The position numbers and the translations under genes were made by a program. A model generated the notes under the pieces. That model ran no database searches, was not told where the DNA came from, and saw only the letters and a program-made list of their open reading frames with translations. A stretch of 64,000 nt of DNA. It comes from Amoebophrya sp. A120. Taxonomy: Eukaryota; Protista; Dinoflagellata. Positions within the stretch are counted from its first letter, which is position 1, and each line of letters begins with the position of its first letter. Below, piece by piece: positions 45,302 to 55,832 of the stretch. Where the stretch lies: positions 705,309 through 769,308 of the forward strand of contig CAJINV010000015.1 of assembly GCA_905178155.1 (NCBI GenBank), given 5' to 3'.

Positions 45302-46264
45302 GGTAACGGACTTCAACTTGCTGAGTATCTTTAGTGTGTTGTTGCTAAAAAGAAAAATGACATCGGCACGAAGATCTCCACTCCTTCGACTTACATTCTA
45401 GAAGTGTCCACAACTCGAGCTCAGTCTCTTTCGTCATGAGTCAGTGTTCTCTCCCAGTTCCACCAGCACAAATAACAAGTTTGGTTTTGGTTTGGCGTTT
45501 GCATCTATCACTCCTCGCTGGCTGGTCCTCTCATACTCCTCGAGTTGTATCTTCGTCTACGCTTCGTTGCCAAGAAAAGTCAAAGTGCAAGCTGTCCGGC
45601 TTTGATCAACAAGTAGTCCAACAACTACGGAAAACTCATTCTTTCAACCGACAACCGCGGCCAAGCACAACGAGTTCAGGTCCACTCATGATTCTTCAGG
45701 AAGGCTTACAAAAACTGCCCATGCTTGTTGTCGCACTCATATTACCACAAGAGCTGGTGGGCTGTAGCGTTTGAGCAGTGCCGCCAGGCATGCGCTCTGC
45801 CCCTCGAGCTCCCTGAAGAAGCCGGCCGGTGGGAACCCACGCACCCACCCAACCATCCAGCCACGAGGCAACGGCCAAACGGCTTGGGTGGAAAAAGCTG
45901 GGCGGCGATTGCCCCGGCGCCCGCTCAATCAAGCGAACACCAGCCAGGGCCAGCTGGCTTGGCAGGCCCGGAAAAATAGGGGCCCTGGCGCAACGCCGCC
46001 TGTCATCATTTTCGCCCGGGGGTGAGGGCTAGCGCTGGCCCCCGGGCCCCGAGCGGAGGGCCATCCAACAACCGAACCGCGGCCCGGCCCCCCTTTTCGG
46101 AACGGGCCCGGGCCTAGCTCCAAAGGGGCGGCGGGCCCGCTGGCGCTGTCTCGCTCCCTGCCCCCCGCGGCGCTGCCGCGGGCGGCCGTGTCCAAAGGAT
46201 GGCGGGGCGGCCGGGGGCGTGCTTGCAGAGGCGCCGCGCGCGCCCTCTTGTTTGACTCTTTTCG

Positions 46265-46332
46265 CGCCGTTACCTTCGTAGCCGGGCGCCGTCGTTACCT
46301 TCGTAGCCGGGCGTCTTCGTTACCTTCGTAGC
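46265..46332. repeat. Three copies of CGTTACCTTCGTAGC with a period of about 25 bp
   Basis: Read directly. Confidence 0.85.
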
Positions 46333-46361
46333 GGACGCAGGCGCCTAGCGCCTTTTCACCT

Positions 46362-46706
46362 GTGGGGGCCTTGAAGTTACTACGAATCCACTCCGGCACT
46401 GCTGCCGCGGTTCGGTTTCCGGAACGGCCCCACACACTTGGCGAGCGCTTTACTATGACAAGCTACGCCCTTCCACAACCGCGGCAACCCCTACGCCCAT
46501 CGTCTCTCCTTGACTCGCCCCACTCGGCGGGCGTTTCCGTATTTGCGCCGGTCCTTGTAATCGTCCTGGCCCATGGCTTCTCTCCTACGGAGCGTCTCCG
46601 ACCCATCCGGCCTAGTCGTTTCCGGGCGGGTGCCGGCTGGCTCCCGAGAGAAGCAAGCGACTGACGACCCAGCCCGGGCGGGTAAGTAGTGCTGGCGCGC
46701 CCCAAC
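46362..46706 (-). ncRNA. Candidate structured non-coding RNA (approx. 345 nt), family unassigned
   Basis: Long stems (GCUUCUCUC/GAGAGAAGC; GUUGCCGCGGUU/AACCGCGGCAGC), a closing helix, and G-U pairs that work only on the minus strand. Confidence 0.4.
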
Positions 46707-47219
46707 CATCTTTGCGTAGAAGGTGCTTTTTCATCTATGCTGGTGGTCAGATGATGGAGAACAACCAACATGAGCATGAAAATCAATCATGAGCCTGACA
46801 TCTTCCACTTACATCAAAGCGTGCCAACATGCACACTGATCAGGAATTTACTCTCTCATGCTCTCGAGACCACCAGAATCGCCTTTGCTTTCACTTTGTT
46901 CGCGTTTTTAGTCCCCAAGTCTGTTCTCCACTTACTTCTTGTTCTACGCACAAGCAACTTCATCCCTCTTTGTCCTCTAGAACGTCGGACCACACTTACC
47001 TCAATTCGGATCACTTGCGCTCTTCTCTCACGGTACGCCCGCTCTTTGCACCCGTAGCCGCTGCGGAAACCTCAACTGCCAATCGCCAAACAAAGACAGG
47101 ATGCACAAGCTATTTTGACACCAGCCAACACAGCTGCACCTGCGTCATGCCGCCAATACGCTCCGTCACAGAGAGATGGTGATGGCCTTTATTCTGGCAA
47201 CGACCATGCACTCAGAAAA

Positions 47220-47870
47220 AACGCGGGAGGCGCGGGTGGCTGCGATGCGATTCGTTGGCTGCCCCGCCGATCAACACACAGCACCCGCCGATGGCGGGAT
47301 CTCGGCTGGAACGTCGGCTACGCCGAGGCGCGGCAGACCACTACCTCGGGGCGCGCGAAAGTGAAAAACTCGCACTGCCGGCGCGCAACTAACTTAGCTG
47401 CCGCGGGAGGGTGCCCGCGAGGTCGGCTGCTCAGGCGCCGGCCGGCCCTGGTCGCCATGCCGGCCGAGACAACAAGCGGGCGGGGGCCATTAGTTACGGA
47501 AAACAAGAACGCCGGCGCGCGGGCCCACTTGGCCACGGGGAGCGACTGCCCCAAGCCCCTGGGCGAATTGGATTCCTGACGAGCCCACAGGCCGCCCACA
47601 AGCGCAGGGCCCGCCCCGCGCTGCACCGGCTTGGGCTTCCCAATGAGCGAGGACGTTCCAAAATAAAGAGGCCGGGCGCGCGGGCATGGTTTCCGCTGCG
47701 CTTGTGGTGCGGTCCGCCGATGTGTCCTAGGTCGCGGCCGCGATAGGTCCCCCGGCGCTGTAGCATCATCGCCGCTGGGTCGCGACCTACTCAGCGGAGC
47801 CGTGGCCGCGTCTGGCTTGGTGTTGCTGGGGCTGTAGCCCACCGGCGACATCGGGCGCCGTCAAGGATTT
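47220..47870 (+). ncRNA. Candidate structured non-coding RNA (approx. 650 nt), family unassigned
   Basis: 12-bp stems CCACAAGCGCAG/CTGCGCTTGTGG and TAGGTCGCGGCC/GGTCGCGACCTA plus many shorter hairpins; G-U pairs favour the plus strand. Confidence 0.3.
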
Positions 47871-48451
47871 GGATTCCACCGAAAAGGGCCCCAAAATCTT
47901 CGCTGTTGATCTTGAAACTCTCAAATTCAAAACTCTACTCGAAGTCGCAGAGGATTTCTACTAGTTCTAGTACACTACACGCGCTCATTCTCATCATCAA
48001 GAGGATCCTTACATTCGGTTTTGTCCGCTCCGCATTTGTACGCAGTACTTACCACTCTGCGCTGCCGCTGGCACCAGCTCTTGCGCTCTAGAAGCTCTCG
48101 CCATGATTCTCTCTCTGAGTCACACAGTCGCAGATCGTTGTCGTTCATCTCGTCTGCGCCGTCGTGATCAAACAATCGAGAACAAAGTTGTGAACAAAAC
48201 TCGACACGCGCGTGTGACGAGTTCACTGTAGAATTATTACCCGTAGAGCAAAATCCTTGCTCTCATCAAAAAGAGAGTGCTGCTGTGTTTCGGTAATAAA
48301 GTTATTTTCGTTTTATCGTAGTTTTAATTGAGAAGTTGAAGTCAAAGTCTCAGTCGCTGTACAGTTCAAAACCAGCCGTCGGAATTGCACTCTTTCGAGC
48401 GCTCGAAAAATAATGCAGCCGATCACCCTGGAAAAAGTAACCGCGTTTTTT

Positions 48452-51400
48452 TTACACACCTAATGCACCTTCATCTATTTGGTTGCCCTGCAGCTGCCCG
48501 TGCCCGGCAGCAGCGGCACTGTTCATCTGCTCCTCACCATACAATCTCACCAAATCGTCAACGTGCGCTGCGCGAAAGCTGAGGAAAAAGCTCAGCACCG
48601 CGTTGGCTTCCTCCTCCGTGCTGAAGAGAGCGCACATGTGTTTGTCCCTCTCCTTCTCTTCCTTCGACAAAATATTTTGTCCCTCCTTTATCTGCCTATG
48701 GTAGTTGATGCAATACTTGGCCAGCTCCCACCGCTTCGACAGTTGGAAGGACAAGATATTGCAATGAAAAATCCCCCCTCCCCATATCAAAGCGGAAATC
48801 TGTGATGCAGATTTGTGGTCACAAATCAGCTTTGTGATGTTAGAAGGCAAAAGATGCGGACTGTAGTGCTGTCTAGCGTGGGAAAGCCTTGCAGCTCCAG
48901 GATGACAGGAGGCAACTGGAAGTGGGAAACAGCATGACAGATTACCTGCAATTTAGGCCGCAGCTTCGTCTCTTGGCCTTCTATTCAGTCTTCAAAATCA
49001 CAAATTCGCGCATCTTCCGTTTCCGATTTGGGGTGGGAACTTTTTTCACTTTGATACAAGAGCATGGCCTCCCTCGTGTCCGGGTTCAGTTGGTTGACGT
49101 AGTGTATCCTGTGCAAAAGTATCGTACTCGTAGTAATGGCACTCATGCATTTACAAATTTTTTTCTCAAGGTAAATCCGCATTACAAATTTAATTTTTCA
49201 TGCTGAGGGAACTTGTCATGCATTTATACGAGTACGATACTCATACTTTTGCAGCTCATATAGTGAGCGCGGGTTTGACTGTCCTGCCGCGCTGTGTTCA
49301 ACAGAACAGTCCCCACAGCCGGGTACGGGACCATGTCCCAGATGGAAAGAAGAGGTTTGTGCGGAAGAGGGGCTGTTGGCTCAACAACATCTTCGGGCTG
49401 ATGACGCTGATGCGGATCGACATGCAGCAACCCAGCACCTGTTGTGCTACTACTCGATGAGGCCGCGCCGTCTGCTCCGTTTTTGTGAAGAAACGACGTG
49501 GTCGTGTCCTCGCCCGGTTCTTGTTGCTGCACGACAGGATGAGTAGGGGCCGTAGGGGGCGTTGTACTTCCACCGGCACTTCTTCTTCTCGTTGAAAATA
49601 GTACATCACGACCACCTCCGTCAACAACTACACGACCGTTAGTATTTCGCTCAAGAGTTTCCACATCACCATACCTCAGCACCGCCTCCCTGGTCATGGT
49701 TTGCATTGCGAAGTCCTGCGGATTTCGGTCGAACCCTTTATGCGTGCCGTAAAAGGTCCCGTAAGCGGCGTTGTGGTAGCCGGCCAGGATTGGGAGGAAA
49801 AAAATCGCGTAGCAAACCAACATCTCGAAGACAAAGGAAGAGCGCGCGGTGCGGATCCGGTCTTTTAAGGTGCGGAAAGCGCGGGAGTTCTGGATCCAAG
49901 TGATTTTCAATTCGTAATTTGCGTAGATCAAGAATTGCTGGAAGAAGAGGCAGGATCCCATAAGCCACGTCCATGCAATCACGACCAACCGGAGCCATGT
50001 CACCGTCTCCCAGGGTCGGGGCGAGGTCTCGTAGTCGAGGCACCCAATGTGCCAGAGGTACGGGTCCCGGAAAATCTCCTCGTGGGGAACGTCGTAGACA
50101 TCGTGTTGGGCGCTAGTTGTACGGAGGCTGTTGTATATCTTCAACCCTTGGTCGTGTTCAAGATTGTTTCCGAATCGGACAGCCGATAGACCCCCGCGGG
50201 GATGATCTTTGTTATCAAACAAGTCGACGCTGTAGTTGCGACGTGAGGTTGAAGCTGTCCTCGTCTTGGTCAACATTCCATGGTCCAACGGATACGGTTT
50301 GTCAAAAACCGCTCCTAAGTACCCTATCGGCACGTTTTCGCCCCAGAGAAGCTGGATTGTTTCAAAGATGAGCAAGGTGAGACACCCCGCGTTTGCGGCG
50401 AAATTGTGGATCAGAACGTACAGGTTTTGGTTTCGCCCGGTCTCGGACTTCGACGGAATCACGGCGGTCACAACGAAACAGAAACTGGGGACAATCAGCC
50501 AACAGCACCGAAGGACAATCTCGCCCAACACGGCCAAGCGAGGCAAGCCCGGGTCGCCGTGGTCGCCGATCTCGCTCTATCAAAATGAAAATTCCCCCCT
50601 CCCCATTTCAAAGCGGAAATCTGTGATGTTGCGGGATTTGTATACACAGACCACATTTGTCCTGCAGGAAAGCACTGCACGCAGATCGCAAACCCAAGGG
50701 GGGGCCTTTTGGTGTACTAGGGGCCTAGCATGGCAGACGTCTGCCCTGTAGGCCTTGCAGCATTGCAAACCGCCTGCATATCGCCGCGGACTCTCTCGAT
50801 TTGCTTTCTGGCAAGACAGACACGATTCGTGGTCACAAATCTGCATCGCAAACTTTCGGAAGGCCATGCTTTCAATATTGGGAGGGGGGATTTTTCCTTG
50901 CAATAGGCTCAGCTTCTTCCAACGGCACCACGAGCGGTAGGAACGTATCAAATGTAAAAGTGTCTGGGTCTGGAAACTTGTGATGCTGGGCGGCGTCTCA
51001 TGATGAGGCCACACGTGCTGGCTCAGCATGACAAGTTTCTGAGCTTCTAGGTGTTGCCAATTCTGCATGACAAACTGCGTTTCTGCATCAGAGAACAATG
51101 GGGCTCTTGGGTAACACGCATGACAGATTTTAAGAGTCATGCCAGACAAGCATGACAAACATGCATTCTTCCAGACCCAGACATTTTTACAGTTGATAGA
51201 GTGAAGCGGGTACTGATTCAGCAGCGTCGCCACCATGTAGAGAATCAGTGCGATGGTGAACGACTTTCCTTCCAGGCTCGTCTGGTCCTGGCAAACGCAG
51301 GATAACGTCCCGCGCTCCAGAAAATCTTCCGGTAAAGCGTCACGTAGCTTTCTGAGTTCGGCTGGTTCGGTGGAGTCGTCGTCGTGTTCAGAGCTGCCAC

Positions 51401-54089
51401 TTGCGACTGCGGTTGCGCTAGTACTTGGGGAAGGAGGATTCTCTTCGCGAAGATCAGAAATCCCAGTCTGGTTAATATTGGCAGCTGCGCCTTGTTCGGA
51501 AGCTGCTGTGCCTCGTGTACCAGCGGAAGTAGCTGTGCCGCGTGTAGTTGTACCAGCGGAAGTAGCTGTGCCGCGTGCATCTCCAGCATCATCTCCTCCC
51601 AACATGGTCGTACTTCCTGCTTCACCCCCCGGCGCCCCACCAGCGGCAAGAGCTGCAAGCCGGCGCTCCCGATCCTCTCTATCCCGGCTGTCCCTGGTCA
51701 CGTAAATCATGTGCGTCCTCGGCTTCGCTTTTCCCGGGAAAAATACTTTTTTCCACGCGAGCAGCGTGCCCAGTAAAATCGCCAGGTACCCGCCGACACA
51801 CAGCTCGAAAGATAAGACTTGGCTGGTCCGGGTTTCGCCGAAGAAGATCGCAAGTAAGATATGCATTGCAAAAGTATCGCACTAGTATAAACCAGCCATG
51901 CTCCGGCTACCGCCGGAGCGCGCGGCTGTTTGGCCGGGTTTGAACTGCTTGCGGACCGGACCACAACGACATGCATACTTAGGCCCCCTCAGCACCGTCT
52001 GCGCGCTTCCCGCGCCTAAGGGCGCTCTGCGCAGGGAGGAGCTACCACTAGCATTGGGGCAGAACAGGAGGCACCTAGATGCCACACCAGTCCGCTACGC
52101 ATGCCTTTCGTTAATCAAGACGAACCAAGAACCGGCCCGCCCCACCCCATTCCCCGGCGCCGCTTTTTCAATGACTTCAGTGTGGGAGGGGGGCGCGAGA
52201 GGGTGCGCGAGAGGGTGGCGCGAGAGGGTGGCGCGAGAGGGTGGCGGGGGCTGGCGCCGAACAAAACAAGTCCGCGAAGGGCCTGCAATGCTAAATATGG
52301 GGAATACCATGCGGATTCGCGCCCGCCACTTTGTGTCTTTACCCTCTCGCAGACCCTCTTTTTTACCTCTTTTGGGGGTCCCCGCTAATAATCCGGCTAT
52401 ACTCGCGGGTAGAGGTCGACAGAGGTGGCCCAGAGGTGGCCGAGAGGGTGCGCGAGAGGTTGGCCCTTATTCGCGCCACCTCCCTCGCCCTCTGTCGACC
52501 TCTCGCGCCCCCTCTTTTTGACCTCTCTGCACCCTCTGAGGCACTTAGGCGCCGCCTTAAGGTGGGTCCTTCGGCGGGCTATACTCGCGCACCCTCTCGC
52601 CGACCCTCTCGAAAGGGGTCCCGCGCCACCTCTCCACCTCTGTCGACCTCTTTTTTACCTCTTTTGACCTCTTTTTGACCTCTCGGCCACCTCTTGTTTA
52701 CCCTCTGTCTACCTCTTTTTTCGCATGAATATAATATATAGTAATCGCATGACAAATTTTGCCAAGAGCAAAAATGGGATTTGTCATGCTGAAAAAGGTA
52801 GACACAGATATCTGTCATGCACGAACAACAACACGAACGCAATTAGTACGAGTACGATGCTTTTGCAAAGGATATAAGAATCGAATCAACGACATCGTGA
52901 CGCCGCCGCAATATCGAATCCGCTGCAGGGCCTCGAGGTAGAAGGCATCACGGGTTTCAGCGGTTTTCCGGAAATGTTCCAGCTGTTCTTTTAATCTTTT
53001 GTTTTCCTCTTGCAAATCGGTTTGCTGTTGCTCCAGTCTCAGCAGGCGCTCCTCGAGGGAAGTAGGGGGCGCAGCAGCCGCGCTTTCTCGTCGTGGTGAT
53101 CCTGGATTTCTCCCTGGCCTCGAGTGAAAGTTTTCCTCTATTTGCTCTTCCATCTTTTCCTGCAGCAGGGCGGGGACAAATTTCGTGTCGTGCTTGTTGC
53201 GAGGAATTATATCGTCGTCATGGCCCATGCCCATCACCTTCTCGCGCGCAATCTCTTGCAGCTCTTCCTCTTGCTTCATCTCGCCCACCTCTACTTGTAC
53301 GGACACTTTTTCAGCAGCTCCTGCAGCCTCAACATCAGCTTGGACCACGAAAGAACTTTCGCCGTCAGGAGAGAGGACCATTTCCGCGTTCTTGTGTATG
53401 TGTTCGGTATGCTCGTCCTGATTCCGCTCTCCAGCTGCTTTCATGCCTACTTCGCTACCGTCATCGACGTCGTCATGCGTCAAATGTGACTGATCGTGTT
53501 CCCGTGCTATGTGTTCAACAGCAACTTGATGCTGCTGTGCCGCACGACGACCGTCGTTGTGACCACCATCATCACCTACACCTAGTATTCTTCGACGTGG
53601 CTGCAAAAACGAGTTGTTTGATTGCTCTGTTTGTGCATCTGAGTCTGACTGCGTGTTCCTCTTCACAGCCTCGTCTAGATCCTTCACTTCTGAGTAGAAG
53701 CGGTCGCTTTCCACTTGTTGCGCAAGCGGAGCAACTCCAGGAGGTGTAGGCAGCTCACCCCCTGCAGCAGCCTCCGAGTGGTGTGCTAACACAGCCTCCT
53801 CTCCCAGGTGGTCCAGCACTCCGTCCTCATTTCTATGCCGCTCTGCCACCTGCTGGTGGTCTCTTCTTTCTAAAAACTTGTGGTGCGTAGACGAACTAGG
53901 AGCTTCACGCCTGTCATCCCCTGGTGCTGGTGACGCACCACCTGTCGAAAGAGCTGAAACTTGTCTAGGGAAATAACTCTTTTGTAAAACGCCTGAGAAA
54001 TTAAACGCTGTGAAAAGACTCAATAGAATGAGATGAAGAAAAGGCGATCTACATCGAACGACGATGGCATGCTGCATAAACTGCATCAT
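48452..54089 (-). CDS. Multi-pass membrane protein with N-terminal signal-like segment and acidic/His-rich region; 5 introner introns
   Basis: In-frame joins SLIRFL/LAIFFGE, PLHS/YRSWCRWKKLS/xIGDHGD, AHY/VNQLNPD, AMLL/SFQLSKRW; several hydrophobic helices. Frag1/DRAM-like resemblance is only tentative. Confidence 0.85.
48757..49056. mobile_element. Introner family E (300 bp)
   Basis: TATTGCAATGAAAAATCCCCCCTCCCCATATC / GATTTGGGGTGGGAACTTTTTTCACTTTGATA; TSD CAAGA/CAAGA. Confidence 0.92.
49105..49260. mobile_element. Introner family C (156 bp)
   Basis: Family C TIRs; TSD TAGTG/TAGTG. Confidence 0.95.
50578..50905. mobile_element. Introner family E (328 bp)
   Basis: Family E TIRs; flanks CGCTC/GGCTC. 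Confidence 0.9.
50946..51198. mobile_element. Introner family B (253 bp)
   Basis: Family B TIRs; flanks GAACG/GAGTG; frame restored. Confidence 0.9.
51860..52874. mobile_element. Introner family C expanded to 1015 bp by a nested Helitron-like insert
   Basis: TATGCATTGCAAAAGTATCG / CGATGCTTTTGCAAAGGATA; TSD TAAGA/TAAGA; 162 bp remain after removing 51892..52744. Confidence 0.92.
51892..52744 (-). mobile_element. Non-autonomous Helitron-like element, copy 1 (853 bp)
   Basis: Minus strand starts TTACTATATATTATATTCATGCG and ends GCTCCGGC-GGTA-GCCGGAGC-ATGGCTGG; inserted between A and T with no TSD. Confidence 0.8.
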
Positions 54090-55832
54090 GATCTCCAAAG
54101 ACAACTTGGTTGGGGGCAAACGTGGTACGTTTGCACGTGCAAGTATCCGAATCTACTATTGTCTACACCGTTGAGTCGCAGTACTAAAAATTTGTCACGG
54201 GCAGGTATCGTTATCGCTTTGAGAGGGCCTGTTCGATCTTCGAACTAAAATGCTTATCGTCTTAAGTAAAAATAAACCAGAAAGGAGACCACACTGGAGT
54301 GAACGCAACGAGAACGAGTACGAGAGCGACATGTTGCTACGACGTTGTTGATGAATGACAGTTGAGACGGGTATAGCTACATGCAATCTGTGGCGGACGA
54401 TTTAGGAGAGGTAGCGCCGAGAGAGCACAATCACAATGTTGACCGAACATCTTCATTACGAAGGAAGACAAATACTGCATGCGGACGAAGAAGCTGTAGC
54501 TCAGGACGAAAACAAAACTCAATAACCGATCCCGATGAGCAGGAAGAGGCCCAGTAACCGAATAGTTGTGTGTATGTGTTTACTGTTACTAGGTCTTTGC
54601 GCTACTGCTACAGAAACTTCATATCTGCTCCATTTCTTGTAGCAGAACAGAAGGCCCTTGCAGCAAATGAATTTGCCGCCGAGAGCGACTAAGCTTTCGC
54701 CCGCCCGCTCCTTCTGTCTGGAGCAGGAAACCCAGGACCACCTGCTGCCTGTCCGATTTGATGTTCGTTGTCGATGCAAAGATATCATACAGCTTTATTT
54801 GCAATTTGATCGTTTCAAAACTCTGGTAGATAATCATTCGGTGGTATACAGGGCATTCGTGATTCGCATTTTTCGTCCTACTACAGCTCTATGATCTACG
54901 ATTCATACCACCTCCCCGCCGTGCAAATTCAACATAGATAAAAATTGCACGACAAATCATAGCAGCTTTTTTGATAGACAAGTAAAACTTCTATATGGTC
55001 TACAACTAACTTCCGCGTAGTTGATGCTTACAAATCTCTTTTCTCTTAGAAGTAGTTTCCGAAGTACAAGACATTTTGTCTTGCTATTCTCACTTCTTGT
55101 TTTGAACCTAAAGCAAATTCTTTCCAGCAGACTGGCGTATTTTTGCTGGCACACGAGTTGCACGACTGCAGCGGACAGATATCTTCAACATACGCCTGAT
55201 GAAGAGGACCCCCCGCTGTCGCTGTGTGCCCGCCAGATTCTCTTTACTTTCTCCCCTTTTGCTATTTTGTGTGATGTCAATGAAAAAATGAAATGCCTTC
55301 CAGATGGTAGCACTCGGGCTGACGGGTAGCATAGGAGTGGTGCATCTTCACACCCCCGCCCTGCTGCCCTTTTACTTCTTGCCACGAGCGGTTTCTACCA
55401 TTGCTAAGAGTAATCCAATCAAGTGTAAAAAAGGTCATATCGCCCAAAGAATTGGCGCCTTTTGATGATGTTTTAGACAATGATTAATCGAAAAAGTTGA
55501 TACGAGTTTTTAGATGAGAAGACACGTGGCCGTAGTGGTCATCTTCATCGCTTTTCATCTTCGCACAGTGAAAATCCTGGTGACGAAGAAACTTTTGTCG
55601 CTGATCGCAGGATGAAACAAACAGCAACGGAGCAAGAACTTGTACTACAAAATGCGCAGGATTTTGCCAGATCGGGTAGAAACTATTTGTCGCTTAGGAG
55701 TTGTAGTTGGAGATGAGCGAGATGAGGTCGCTGACGTTGTTCTTGACGAGCTTGACAAATTCTTCTTGCATATGCATTGGAGGTTTTTTCACTATCCACC
55801 ACCGCAAGTTGCAAAAAATTATGTCGTCGTCT

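Noticed and set aside
46661-46690. CTGACGA (also at about 47576) as a hammerhead ribozyme core
   Set aside because: No correctly placed GAAA after stem II and no three-way junction could be built.
51898-52842. Arg/Pro-rich ORFs in GC-rich blocks (also 20673..21281 and 57880..58755)
   Set aside because: They arise from stop-poor GC-rich repeats inside the Helitron-like inserts or intergenic DNA.
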